A DNA stretch of 64,000 nucleotides, taken from Chiloscyllium plagiosum (lineage: Eukaryota). Made by a program: the position numbers and the translations under genes. The stretch spans positions 6,035,980 to 6,099,979 of the forward strand of contig NC_057757.1 of the NCBI RefSeq assembly GCF_004010195.1, given 5' to 3'. The notes under the pieces were generated by a model that saw only the letters and a list, made by a program, of their open reading frames with translations, made no database searches and was not told where the DNA came from. The stretch's first letter is position 1, and every line of letters starts with the position of its first letter. Shown one piece after another: positions 1 to 12,385 of the stretch.

Positions 1-155
1 ACCACCCTCCACCCCAGACACCACACCCACCACCCCAGACACTACACCCACCACCCCAGACACTACACCCACCACTCCAGTCACTACTCCCACCACCCCA
101 GACACTACACCCTCCACCCCAGACACTACAACACCTACCACCGGGACAATCTCAG
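1..155 (+). CDS. Exon 1 in window (5' truncated): Pro/Thr mucin heptad repeats
   Basis: Frame from base 2 reads PPSTPDTTPTTPDTTPTTPDTTPTTPVTTPTTPDTTPSTPDTTTPTTGTIS; 21-bp repeat unit; donor G|GTCAGG at 155/156, phase 1, matching the next exon. Confidence 0.8.
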
Positions 156-875
156 GTCAGGATAATTTATACTTTATCAATTGTGGTCATTACAAAATGA
201 TTAGTGTTTTATGATGGTAATTTTTTTTTTAGTCATTTAAGGTCAGTCATTTGAATGGTCAACAATGTTTAGAACTCTTTTTGCGAACATCACAATACCA
301 TGTAGAAACAACAGAGAGCCATTGACCAGGAGAGATCTCCCTTGTCTGACACATTATCAGCATTTGGCCAAGTCACCATATCCACTGCATCCCTTTCAAG
401 GGCTCAGTGAAATGCCTAGTAATCTGTTTAAATTGGTGGTTCATCATGCTTCAAGGGTGTAATTAAATTCTATGGGAATGGGTGATGGAGAAATGTTAAA
501 GGAATTTTCACTTTTGGTGGTCCCTCAGTGACTAGTTGAAGATTCAGGACAACTAGAGAGAGACTTGGGCCACTGAACGATCAAAGAGATTGTCTTTGCG
601 TTGAATCTCAGGAAATGAGAAAGATATTAAATGAATATTGTGCGTCAGTTTTTACTGTGGAAAACGAAATGGAGGCTGGGGAGCTCAGGGAAATAAAGAT
701 CGATGTTTTGAGAACAGTTGACTTTCAGAAAAGTAAGCGGGGGAGGTCTTAGAAAATATAAAGGTGCTTACATCTCCAGGATCTGATCTCGTGTATTCCA
801 GGACTTTGTGGGAAGTTAGGGAGGAAATTGTTGGGCCTCTTACAGAAATATTTGTATCGTTGCTTTTTAGAAAGA

Positions 876-1186
876 TAGAATCCCGACAATGTGGAAACAG
901 GCCCTTCAGCCCAACAAGTCCATACCAACCCTCCGAAGAGTAACCCACCCAGACCCATTCCCCTACTGTCCTATATTTACCCCTGATCCATGCACCTAAC
1001 CTACACATCCCTGAGCACTGTGGGTAATTTACTGTGGCCAACTCACCCTGACCTGCACGTCTTTGGAGTGTGGGAGGAAACCCACGCAGACACGGGGGAG
1101 AACGTGTAAACTCTACACAGACAGTCACCCGAGACTGGGCCCCTGGCGCTGTGAGGCAGCAGTGCTAACCACTGAGCCACCGTGCC
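876..1186 (-). mobile_element. HE1-type tRNA-derived V-SINE nested in LINE
   Basis: Reverse complement has GGCACGGTGGCTCAGTGGTTAGCAC head, V-domain core and CCTGTTTCCACA tail. Confidence 0.88.
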
Positions 1187-1626
1187 TATTAATACGGGTG
1201 AGGTGCCAAATGACTGGAGAGTGGCTAACGTTGTGCTTTTATATAAGAAGGATGGAAGGAGACATCTGGGAACAATGGACCCGTGACTCTGACTTCAGTC
1301 GTGGGGGTGTTGTTGGACGTGATTCTGAAAAATCGGATTTTGCTGTACATCTCTAGACTCTATATGCTTTCGGAGAGGCAGTGACTGATTAGGGATGGTT
1401 TTGTGCGAGGGAAATCATGTCTCGAAAACTTGATTGAAGTAACCAAGACGATTGATGAGGACAGAGTGGTCGACATTGTCTACTTGGGACTTTAGTAAAG
1501 CCTTTGACGAAGTTCTGCATGGTAGACTAGTTCGATCACATGGGATTCCGAAGATTCAGGCTGGTGGTGGAGGATTGTTTTTCAGACTGGAGGCCTGTGA
1601 CCACGGATTGGTGCTGGGTCCACTTT

Positions 1627-1920
1627 TAGATTAGATTACTTACAGTGTGGAAACAGGCCCTTCGGCCCAACAAGTCCACACCGACCCTCCAAAGAGCAAC
1701 CCTACATTTACCCTTTCACCTAACACTACAGGTGCTTTAGCGCGGCCAATTCACCCTAACCTGCACATCTTTGAAAGTGTGGGAGGAAACGGGAGCACCC
1801 GGAGGAAACCCACGCAGACACGGGGAGAACGTGCAAACTCCACACAGTCAGTCGCCCGAGGCGGGAATTGAACCCGCGTCCCTGGCGCTGTGAGGCAGCA
1901 GTGCTAACCACTGAGCCACC
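1627..1920 (-). mobile_element. HE1-type V-SINE nested in LINE
   Basis: Head, core and (ATCTA)n tail on the minus strand. Confidence 0.88.
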
Positions 1921-2889
1921 ATATTTGTCATTTATATTAATGATTTAGATGAGAATGAAGGAGGCTTGGTTCGTAAGTTTGTGGATGGCACCAAGATTGG
2001 TGGTATCGTGGAGGGTGAGAAAGGTTATCTGGGAACACAGCGAGTTTGGGCCAGTGGGCTGAGGAATGGCAGATGGAGTTTAATTGAGATAAATGCAAGG
2101 TGTCGTATTTTGATGAGGCAAACCAGGGCAGGACTTACGCAGTTAATGATAAGACCCTGGGGAGTGTTATAGAACAAAGAGGTCCAGGGGTACAGGTTCA
2201 TAGCTTCTTGAAAGTGAAGTTACAGGTAGACAGGGCGGTGAAGAAAGCTTTCAGTATGCTTGCTTTCATTGGTCAGAGCATTGAATATAAGAGTTGGGAC
2301 ATGTTGTTGCAGCTGTATAAGACATTGATGAGGCCACATTTAGTCTGGCCTCCCTATTATAGAAAGAATATTATTAAACTGGAAAGAGTGCAGAAAAGAT
2401 TTACCAGAATGCTACCTCGACTGGAAGGTTTGAGTTATAATGAGAGGTTGGATAGGCTGGGACCTTTTTCCTTGGAGCACAGGATACTGAGGGGTGTCCT
2501 TATAGAGGTCAATAAACTCATGGGAGATATAGATAAAGTAAATAGCCATTTTCCATTGTAGGGGAATCTAAAATGAGTGGGCATAGGTTTAAGGTGAGAG
2601 GGGAGAGATACAAAAGGATTTTCACATAGAGGGCGGTGAGTGTCTGGAACAGGCTGCCAGAGGTAGTGGTGGAAGGGAGTACGTGCTGTCATTTACGAAA
2701 TATTTCGACAGTTACATGGATAGGATAGGTCTGGAGGGATATGGGCCAAATGCAGCCACATGGGGCTAGTTTAATTGTGAAAACTGGGCGGCATGGATGA
2801 GTTGGGCCGAAGGGCCTGGTTTCCATGCTGTAGACCTCCACGACTCCAACTGAGCAACTAATTTTCCTCTAACCTGTTTCCTCTGTCAG

Positions 2890-3003
2890 ATGGCGTTTGT
2901 ATCGTGTCAGGAGATCCTCACTACATAACCTTCGACCAAAGGAAGTTTACCTTCCTGGGGACCTGCACCTACACTCTTGCCAGAAGTTGCGAGAATAAGA
3001 CAG
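2890..3003 (+). CDS. Exon 2: start of VWD1
   Basis: cag|ATGGC...ACAG|gtatgt; [38 protein letters not shown]. Confidence 0.93.
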
Positions 3004-3574
3004 GTATGTGTAAAAGAGAGATAATGATCCTGATACACAACCTCTCTGAGAGGGAGAGCCGAGTTATGTTAAAAAAAGCTTGACCTAAGACGTCTCTCTT
3101 TTCATAGCCATTGGGCCTCTGAGTGGCTGCTGTATTCATCGTGATAATCCTCTCTTGAACAACAGTTCAAGTCTCACTCCTTGAATTCTAAGTCCAAATC
3201 AACACTCCATGTGGCTGTACTGAGTTAGTGCTGCATTGTCAGAGGCCTTTGGATGAAATGTTAATTCCCTCAGGCAGGAGTGAGCAAGGCCGCAGGGGGA
3301 GAAGAGTTTAGGAGTTCTGTCTGGTCTGCTGAGCCAGTGTTCGTCTTCCTTGTTCAACAGCAAAAACAGCAGATCTGGTGGGCTTTGGGATCACAAAAGA
3401 TGCTAAGCAAACATCACACTGTTATTTTTAAAAATAAACACAGTATGTGCTGGAGAAATACAACAGGTTTGGCAGAGAGAGAGAAACAGCATTCACATTT
3501 CCAGCCCACCGTGACTCTGTCTTTGGAACTCTACCCCATTGTTGGCCACGTTTGTATGAGATGTACTCCTTGCA

Positions 3575-4182
3575 CGTGTGTGTGTGTGTGTGCTTGCATT
3601 CAGTGTGTTAATGTGCATATTTCTGTATTTGTGTGAATATTTCATTGCCCTATGCGTGTGTGTATGGTTCTATCAGTGTGCTGTTTGTATCTGTATGTCT
3701 ACCTCTTTATGCACGTGTGTGTATCTTCCTGTCTGTGCATGTCTGTGTAGGTGTATCTATCACTCTGTCTGTCTGTGTATTAGTCCATTTGTGATTGTAT
3801 GTGTATCTCGATGTACATGTGTCTGTCTGTATGTGTGTGTGTGTCAGTGTGCTTATGTTACTGTGTGTCCACCTGTACAGTTTGTCTATGTCAGTATACA
3901 TGTTTGTGTGCCTATATTTCTGCGTGTGAAAAGGTTGTCTCTCATAAACTTTCTCTGTTGATCTCGCTCTCTGTGCACCTTCTCTGATGCCATGTATCTA
4001 TTTGTGTGTCTGTGTGTTTATGTGAGTGTGTGTATGCATGTGTGTGTGTCTGTGTCTGTGAGCATTTGTGTGAGTGTATGTGCGTTTCTGAGTGTGTGTG
4101 TGTGTGTTTGTGAGCATTTCTGTGAGTGTGTGAGTGTGTGTGTGCGTTTGTGTGTCTGTGTGTGTGAGAGAGAGAGAGAGAG
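3575..4182. repeat. Degenerate (TG)n/(AG)n microsatellite tract
   Basis: Seen directly; source of the C/V-rich spurious ORFs. Confidence 0.9.
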
Positions 4183-4246
4183 TTTGTCAGTGCTTATTTG
4201 ACAGTCAATATGCTTCTCTCCTTTAATGTTATTCAATGATTTCCAG

Positions 4247-4371
4247 GACCCTGGTTCAGCATCGAAGGCAAGAATGAGGAGAGGGGATTACCTGGAGCCA
4301 CTTACCTCAGAAAACTTTACATCACCGTTGACGACATCACCATTACTCTGATGAAAAACAGGCGAATCCTG
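4247..4371 (+). CDS. Exon 3: VWD1
   Basis: ttccag|GACCC...CTG|gttagt; GPWFSIEGKNEERGLPGATYLRKLYITVDDITITLMKNRRIL. Confidence 0.93.
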
Positions 4372-5505
4372 GTTAGTCTCCCCACAGTTTCACCAATCAT
4401 TTTGATTGAGAGTTTCACTGAGTTCAGTCAGTCAGAATGACTTTTTTTTTTTCTCTTTATTTATTCATAGGATGGGGGCCTCGCTGGTCAGGCCAGCTTT
4501 TTATTGCCCATCCTTAATTGTTAAGGGTCTTGGGTCTGGAGTCACATGTAGGCCGTAAGGACAGCAGTTTCCTTCCTTAAAGGGCATTAGTGAGCAAGAT
4601 GGGCTTCTCCTGAGCATTGAGTCTTAATTCTTTTTTAACACTTAATTCAAACTTCCACGATGGCAGGATTCGGACTTTGGTCCCCAGAACATCACCTGAG
4701 TCTGTGGATTATCAGTCCAGCATTAATACCACCCGACCATTGCTGCCCCAATGAAAACTGTTAGATTGCAATTAAAACCAATGGCTTCCTCAATGTCATT
4801 CAGGGAGGGATCACTGCTATCCTTACCCAGTCTGGGCTAGGAGCAGGCAGGTGGGTGGGGTTTAGTTTGGGATTAAGGACTGGTTGACCCAAAGGGGTCT
4901 GTTTCTGTGCTGGATGACTGTATTAAATTTAAAATTTGAGAGGTTCATTCTAGAGTCCAGTAACAGCGGGGAAGAAGCTGTTCTTGGTACGTGTGTTTAA
5001 GCTTTCGTATCTTCTGGAAGAGATTATAACCGGGGTGGGAGGAGTCTTTGATGATGCCGGCTGCCTACCTGAGGCAGCGGGATGTACAGGTGGAGTCAGT
5101 CAGCGGGAGGTTGGTTTATGTGATGGACTGGGCTGTGTTCACAACTCTCTCTGCAGTTTCTCACGGTGCTGGGCAGAGCAGATGCCATATCAAGCAGTGA
5201 TGCACCCTGATCGAATGCTTTCTCTGATAGTTAAAGCACTTTAAATGTCAGCTCAGACGCATATCCTCATCAACAGCAATTTGCCCCAATTGCCAAAGGA
5301 GATTCGAAGAAAGGAGAAAACATAGATTCTCCCCTTCTCCCTATCACTGCCAAACTGCGTGTGGCCTCTTTTCTACCTTCCTCTCACCCCTCTGAGTCCT
5401 TTATTGACCAAAGACTATTTGTTTAACTTGCCCTTGACTATCCATGTGACCCAGTCTAGGGCAAAGAATTCTCCACATTTCTTTCCCTCATTACCCATCT
5501 CGCTA

Positions 5506-6794
5506 TCATTGCCCAGACTCAGTTCCTGTATTGATTGGGACAAACCACATGGATTTTCTGATTTCAGATCTCTACTGAAATGGTTCCCTTTGGGAGATGG
5601 ATGGGGGGGGGGGGGGAATTAAATCAGGTTGCGCTACCTAGTCTTCAGAACAAAACCAACCAAATCTTTCCACTGTGGAAACAGGCCTTTCAGCCCATGC
5701 ACTGACAGGCAGCCCATCCTATCCCCATAACCCGGCATTTCCCACCTGACCTGCAGGCTACGGGGACAATGTAGCACGGGCCAATCCATCCTAACCTGCA
5801 CGTCTTTGGACTGTGGGAGGAAACCGGAGCACCCGGAGGAAACCCACGCAGACACGGGGAGAATGTGCAAACCTTCACACAGACAGTCACCCGAGGCTGG
5901 AATCGAACCCTGGTCCCTAGCGTCGTGAGGCAGTCGTGCTAACCACTGAGCCAGCGTACCACCAACAAGCATGGTGTAATTTGAGTCATCAGATTGACCA
6001 AAGAACCAGGCTATGGAGTGGGGTAGCACACACCTTCTACAAAGTCAGCACAGGAGACCAGACAGGAAAATACGGCTGAAGGGCATGCCTATTTATTTTT
6101 AAAGTAATATTAGATTATTCACTACCAACTAGGAATCCAGAGGCAACACTGTTCACAGGGATTTAATTCCAACTTTTCCATTCATTGAAATTAATGCTGC
6201 TAAAGTGGAATTTGAATTCAGAGCATTAGCCTGGGCTGTTAATCCAGGGATATCACCAGTATATTACCCTGTCCACCTGACCTAGAGCTATCCGGTCAAA
6301 ACTGCCATTGCTGGTCTAATTCTACCCACAATACACAGCTACGGAGTTGAAGTTAGATAGTTTGAGTAGCATGGTGGTTCAGTGGTTAGCACTGCTGCCT
6401 TGCAGTGCCAGGGACCTGGGTTCAATTCCCACCTCAGGCGACTGTCTGTGTGGGTTTCCTCCAGGTACTTATGTTTCCTCCCACAGTCCAAAGATGTGCA
6501 GGTTGGGATGGATTGGCCATGCCACATTGTCTCCATAGTCTACAGGTCAGATGGGGAATGCAGGGTTATGGGGATAGGATGGGCTGTGGACTCAATGGGC
6601 TGATAGGCCTGTTTCCACAGTTGAAGAGATTTGGTTGGTTTTGTTCTCCCCAGATTAGGGACTAGGTATCGTAACCTGATTTATCTACCCCCCTCCCATC
6701 CATTTCCCAAAGGGAACCTTTTCACCAGAGGTCCGAAATCAGAAAATCCATATGGTTTGTTCCAATCAATACAGGAACTGAGTCTGGGCAATGA
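5506..6794. repeat. Inverted repeat: arms 5506-~5960 and ~6369-6794, each a SINE plus ~165 bp of shared 3' flank
   Basis: Arms are reverse complements; ORF track shows SLPRLSSCIDW(D/N)KP(H/Y)GFSDF on opposite strands. Confidence 0.88.
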
Positions 6795-7662
6795 AATAAA
6801 GGTGTGTATGTGTGTGGAGTTTGCACATTCTCCCCTTGTGTCTGCGTGGGTTTCCTCCCACAGTCCAAAGATACCCAGATTACGGTGGATTGGTCCTGAT
6901 AAATTGCCCATTGTGTCCAGGGATGTGCAGGATAGGTGGGTTAGCCAATGGGAAATGCAGGGTTACAGGGATAGGGTAGGGGGTTGAGTATTGATGAGAT
7001 GCCCTTCAGAGGGTTGGTATGGGCTGAATGGCCTGCTTCCACACTGTAGGGATTCGATGATCATTTTGGTAGAACTCTAAACAGAATCCATACCTATCGG
7101 ATACAAACCAGTCACAGCCAGGCTCTCTCCCACTTCAGGACAAACATGAGACAGAATCCCTTAAACAAGCCATTTCTCACTGTGACAGAGCAGTTGTATT
7201 TTACAAGTAGTATTTCTGATTAATACAGTGTTCCCATTAATCTGGGAAGCTTATCTCCTTCACAACCAAGCTATTGTTGTGTATCAATTTCAGCCTTGGT
7301 TACCAGGCAGTTACATAGACCATCCATCCCAGTGACAGCCTGATTGAATCAAACAGCCTGCTCACCCAACTGTTCAAAACAACTTGGAAAACATTTGCAA
7401 AAACCCAACACAAAATGTCTACCGTTAGGCGTGATTACATGATTGGGTCGCACTTGCTGAACAATCCCAACTGCGATAATAACCACCCCAGCAAAGCAAT
7501 TTCAGGTAATTACGGGAGCAAGAGTAGGCCATTCAGCCCATCAAGCTTGCTCCACCATTCAATATGATAATTGAATTAGATCCACGGGGAGCACCCTTTA
7601 TTTACATGTAGGGAGGCCTTGATGCTGACCCAGCTCCCTCAGAGCCAGCTCTCAGAGTGAAC

Positions 7663-7868
7663 AGCTGAAAATGTGTTGCTGGAAAAGCGCAGCAGGTCAG
7701 GCAGCATCCAAGGAGCAGGAGAATCGACGTTTCGGTCATGAGCCCTTCTTCAGGAATGATGCCCGAAACGTCGATTCTCCCGCTCCCTGGATGCTGCCTG
7801 ACCTGCTGCGCTTTTCCAGCAACACATTTTCAGCTCTGATCTCCAGCATCTGCAGTCCTCACTTTCTC
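7663..7868. mobile_element. Palindromic Penelope-like fragment (family A) with minimal hammerhead core on - strand
   Basis: Inverted arms; - strand CTGAAGA-agggctcatgacc-GAAACGTC; flanking direct repeat CTCAGAGTGAACAG. Confidence 0.75.
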
Positions 7869-8414
7869 CTCAGAGTGAACAGAACCTCTGGCCCTCCTGT
7901 TTATTTTTTTTTCTATTACCCCGACACTACCACCTAACTGTGGTCATGCTTATTTTTTTCCCCAGCACCCATATTGTGTGTGTGTGTGTGCAGGTGTGAG
8001 ACACAGTGAAAGACACAAGGTGCACGAATCTTTATTCAGTTTCCACCACCAGGAAGAAAAGAAACACTCAAATGGCCAGCAAAATCTGTCCTAGCCCTTG
8101 TGAATTACCCAGAAACTTTCTCCATGGCAACGTCTTGTCTATCACAGTTGATTTGCCAACCAATCAGCACCATTGACCCCTGCAGTATAAACTGTTAAAA
8201 TTATTTGGCATGCTTGCATTTGTCCTGATGTGTGCACGATGATTGATATTCAGCGACGGCTGGGTTCCTTCCAATCAAGGGACGATTGATAAAGTACATC
8301 TGATTTGGTAGCACTGCGACGAGGCGATCCTCTGCAGGCCTTTCAGTCAGGCTTTCTGAGCTCTACCCAAGAGAGGCGAAATATTGATGTCGTGTCTGAT
8401 CCTTGTAATTACAG

Positions 8415-8557
8415 GTGGGCCAAACAAGGGTGAGGCTGCCAAAGCAAGTGGGCAGAGTCCATCTCTCTCAGTCCGGCCAATACGTCATGGTCCAGACAGA
8501 TTTTGGCCTGCAGCTACAATACGACGGGAACCATTTTGTGAAGATAACTGTACCGGG
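8415..8557 (+). CDS. Exon 4: VWD1
   Basis: acag|GTG...CCGGG|gtgagt; VGQTRVRLPKQVGRVHLSQSGQYVMVQTDFGLQLQYDGNHFVKITVP. Confidence 0.92.
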
Positions 8558-9095
8558 GTGAGTCCCATGGCTTTTGAGCTCAAGCGTGCCACTCTTGACC
8601 TCAAAGAAATGCTCATCATCTCTGAGTCCAGAGCGTGAAAGAATGCTCTTCACTTGACTGGATGAGGGCATCTCAATACCATCCAGGGTGAAGCAGCCCG
8701 TTTGACTGGCACCCCATCCAACTCTTCCAGCATTCACTCCCTTCATCAATGATGCTCAGGGGCAGCGGTGTGTACCATCTACAAGGTGCACTGAAAGGTT
8801 CCTGTGGCAGCACCTACCCCCTCCACTGTCAAGGCAGTAGACACATAGGGACACCAGCATCTGCAAGTTCCCCTCCGAGTCACTCCTAAACTGGAAATAT
8901 ATTGGCTGTTCGTCCAGTGTTATTGGGTCAAAATCCTGGAACTGTCTCCCTGTGAGGAGGGGGGGGGTTCCCTACACCACATGGGACTGCAGCAGTTTCA
9001 GATCATCACCACCTTCTCAAGGTTGCAATTAGGGATGGGCTCTTGATCCCAACAGGCCCCAGGTCTATTTGTTAAAGGGTCTCTTTCTCTCCTAG

Positions 9096-9239
9096 CAACT
9101 ATTACCAACAGATGTGCGGATTCTGTGGTGACTTTAACGGTCATTCTGTTGATGATTACCGGATGCCAGATGGGTCCTTGGCGGTGAATGACACCATATT
9201 TGGAGAGAGCTGGAAGACGAAAGATGACGAGGATGAGAG
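9096..9239 (+). CDS. Exon 5: end of VWD1
   Basis: ctag|C...AG|gtaagt; NYYQQMCGFCGDFNGHSVDDYRMPDGSLAVNDTIFGESWKTKDDEDE. Confidence 0.93.
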
Positions 9240-9869
9240 GTAAGTGCTGCTTATGCGCCGCGTTACATCAACCTCTTCACCTCCTGCGCTTAGACTGAGA
9301 CGTGATTATTCAGAGTCTCTCAATGGTCCGATGAGTGAAGACCATGTGATAACAAGCCATAGAGGATGGGTTTGGTTGAAGATGTAGATCTTTAAGCAAT
9401 GCAGCAAAGTGGCCCAGAGACAAGAAAACATCTGTCACGATGTTGAAATGAATGAGGTGGAACGCCATTTTGAACTATACAAGACGAGTCGGTCCACAAT
9501 ACACCATTCGCACAATTCCCTCTGGAGAGGTTTGGGCAGGGAATTCTGGACCAGAAGGCATGGCCACCAATGGTGCAGCGATAGAAATCAGGAACTTGTA
9601 AACCAGCTCTCCTTTCCTCCTCAACTCCTGTGTCGACGCTATTTGCAGGAGATGGAAATGGTTTCAAGATGGCGTCCACTTGTCATCCAAATGGCTCGAG
9701 GTACAGCTCTGAGCCAATCTAAGACCTTTCCACTGGGGTCCACGCTGACTGCATGTCCCCACTGATGCACATTCCCCCCCCCCCCCACATCAACCATGGC
9801 CAATATTTTTGAAGGGATCTCATAGTTATTTCTGGCAAAGACCCATTGAGCCATGTTGCTGTGTTCCAG

Positions 9870-9971
9870 GTGTAAGACTATTGTCCCAGCTCCATGCGAG
9901 AAAGAAATCCTTGACAAAGTGATCAGCGATGACCAGTGTGGACTCATCATTGATGCGACAGGACCGTTCAG
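9870..9971 (+). CDS. Exon 6: linker/C8-1 N-terminal part
   Basis: ccag|G...AG|gtaaga; CKTIVPAPCEKEILDKVISDDQCGLIIDATGPFR. Confidence 0.9.
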
Positions 9972-10124
9972 GTAAGAGAAACAGGTTGCAGCAGTAGGTT
10001 ATTACAGGTAGCGGAAATCGGAAATACAAGCAGAGAATGGTGGAGAAGTGAAGGAGAGGAACACAGTTAACAAGCTAGGTTGGTGCATTGTCTTCAGAAC
10101 TGGGTCAAGGGAAGGCGCGAAGGA

Positions 10125-11285
10125 GAGGGCAAGGATACAACGTTTTGAAAAGAATTCTGAGGGATAGGATTTATGACCATTTGGCAAGGCATAGTGTGAT
10201 TAAAGGCAGTCAGCATGTCTTTGTGAGGGGCAGGTCATGCCTCACAAATCTTATTGAGTTCTTCGAGGAGGTGTCAAGACAGGTCGACAATGGTCGAGCA
10301 GTGGATGTGGTGTATATGGACTTCAGCAAGGCATTTGATAGGGTTCCCCAGGGTAGGCTCATTCATAAAGTCAGGAAATATGGGATACAGGGAGATTTGG
10401 CTATCTGGATTCAGAATTGGCTGGCTGACAGACGGCAGAGAGTGGTTGTAGATGGAATGTATTCTGCCTGGAGGACAGTGTTGAGTGGTGTCCCGCAGGG
10501 CTCTGTTCTTGGGCCNNNNNNNNNNNNNNNNNNNNNNNNNNNNNNNNNNNNNNNNNNNNNNNNNNNNNNNNNNNNNNNNNNNNNNNNNNNNNNNNNNNNN
10601 NNNNNNNNNNNNNNNNNNNNNNNNNNNNNNNNNNNNNNNNNNNNNNNNNNNNNNNNNNNNNNNNNNNNNNNNNNNNNNNNNNNNNNNNNNNNNNNNNNNN
10701 NNNNNNNNNNNNNNNNNNNNNNNNNNNNNNNNNNNNNNNNNNNNNNNNNNNNNNNNNNNNNNNNNNNNNNNNNNNNNNNNNNNNNNNNNNNNNNNNNNNN
10801 NNNNNNNNNNNNNNNNNNNNNNNNNNNNNNNNNNNNNNNNNNNNNNNNNNNNNNNNNNNNNNNNNNNNNNNNNNNNNNNNNNNNNNNNNNNNNNNNNNNN
10901 NNNNNNNNNNNNNNNNNNNNNNNNNNNNNNNNNNNNNNNNNNNNNNNNNNNNNNNNNNNNNNNNNNNNNNNNNNNNNNNNNNNNNNNNNNNNNNNNNNNN
11001 NNNNNNNNNNNNNNNNNNNNNNNNNNNNNNNNNNNNNNNNNNNNNNNNNNNNNNNNNNNNNNNNNNNNNNNNNNNAGAGTTGTGAAGAATGCATGGAATG
11101 TGTTGCCAGTGGTGGTGGAAGCAGAGTCATTGGGGACATTTAAGTGACTGCTGGACATGCATATGGATAGCAGTGAGTTGAGGGGTGTGTAGGTTAAGTT
11201 ACTATATTTTACACTAGGATTAAATCTCGGCACAACATCGTGGGCCAAAGGGCCTGTTCTGTGCTGTACTTTCCTATGTTCTATG
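10125..11285 (+). mobile_element. CR1-clade LINE fragment spanning an assembly gap
   Basis: SQHVFVRGRSCLTNLIEFFEEV...VDVVYMDFSKAFD...SGVPQGSVLG, then a 3' tail after the gap. Confidence 0.92.
10516..11075. other. Assembly gap (N run); other gaps at 22455-22505, 26289-26962, 40549-40550
   Basis: N runs seen directly; exon phases and domain sequence are continuous across all gaps. Confidence 0.98.
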
Positions 11286-11584
11286 ATACATCATGATAAG
11301 GCGGAAGACAGAAGCAGCTCACGTGAATCTGTTATTGCAGTTCAGCCTAAGGCCTAAGCGAGGTGAGTAAAGAAACAAAAGATGTCACTCGAGCCAGTCC
11401 AGATGTCCAGGAGCAAAACAACAGCATAAACCAGGAGGAGGAGGAAGAGGAGGCTCCACAAATATTCCCATCAAGACTGGGGGAGCCGAGCGCCATCAGT
11501 GTGAAAGGCAAAACTGAAACATTTGCAACCACCTGCAGCCAAAGTTCTAAATCAAAATGGGAGTGGGGATGACAGTCTGAAATA

Positions 11585-11776
11585 AGATTCGGAGATGTCG
11601 GTGTTGGACTGGGGTGTACAAAGTTAAAAATCACACAACACCAGGTTATAGTCCAACAGGTTTAATTGAAAGCACTAGCTTTCGGAGCCACCTGATGAAG
11701 GAGCGTCGCTCCGAAAGCTAGTGCTTCCAATTAAACCTGTTGGACTATAACCTGGTGTTGTGTGATTTTTAACTAA
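11585..11776. mobile_element. Palindromic Penelope-like fragment (family B) with minimal hammerhead core on + strand
   Basis: Arms 11622-11688 / 11708-11774; cac-CTGATGA-a-ggagc-gtc-gctcc-GAAAGCTA-gtg; TSD AGTCTGAAATA. Confidence 0.75.
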
Positions 11777-12084
11777 AGTCTGAAATATGTTCTTGTTCAT
11801 TCTTTTACGTGATGTGGACCTTGCTCGTGTTTATTGCCCCCCCCATGGACCTTGAGAAGATGGCAAGCCACCATCTTGAACCTTTGCAAAGAGTTTCTGG
11901 GCCGTGGGACGGGAAGGAGAGAAAGGCCAAGTGTGTGAAACCTCCTGCCCGTGCATGCACACATTTTCAGGATTGGAGCACAATATCATTGATCTGTCCC
12001 CAGTATTTATTGGAATCAATCTTCACGTTGTATTTGGTCGCTGTCTGGGTGAGACGTCAAAACTCCAAGCAGTTCCAAGGCAAG

Positions 12085-12385
12085 CCAGTGGCTCAGTGGT
12101 TAGCACTGCTGCCTCACGGCGCCAGGGGCCCCGGTTCGATTCCACCCTCGGGCGACTGTCTGTGTGGAGTTTGCACCTGGTCTGCGTGGGTTTCCTCCGG
12201 GTGCTCTGGTATCCTCCCACAGTCCAAAGGTGTGCAGATTAGCGTGAATTGGCCATGCTGAAGTGTTCAGGGATGTGTAGGTTGGGTGCATTAGTCAGGG
12301 GTTAAATGGAGGGGAATAGGTCTGGGTGGGTTACTCTTCAGAGTGGATTTGTTGGGCCGAAGGGCCTACACCCACACTGAAGTGG
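12085..12385 (+). mobile_element. HE1-type V-SINE
   Basis: A box TGGCTCAGTGG, B box GGTTCGATTCC, V core. Confidence 0.87.

Larger units (their letters stand above)
480..2850 (+). mobile_element. Decayed CR1-clade (HER1-like) LINE interrupted by two SINEs; ends approximate
   Basis: RT/C-terminal remnants (DFSKAFD; FVDGTKIGG; LQLYKTLMRPHL...LERVQKRFTRMLP) and a CR1-type 3' tail; LINE sequence resumes on both sides of each SINE. Confidence 0.85.

Noticed and set aside
3578..4236. Cys/Val- and His/Thr-rich ORFs (also ~32116 and ~40195)
   Set aside because: Translations of TG/CA microsatellites.
7671..7937. Recurring small ORF MCCWKSAAGQAASKEQENRRFG
   Set aside because: Translation of the family A repeat arm; it appears on both strands because the element is palindromic.
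8200..8260. TGTCCTGATG... as a fourth hammerhead-like motif (similar remnant near 61545)
   Set aside because: The core is too degraded (no intact CTGANGA...GAAA pair) to support.
12085..12150. tRNA-like sequences with A and B boxes (many copies)
   Set aside because: They are SINE heads that continue into the V-domain and LINE-like tail, not tRNA genes.
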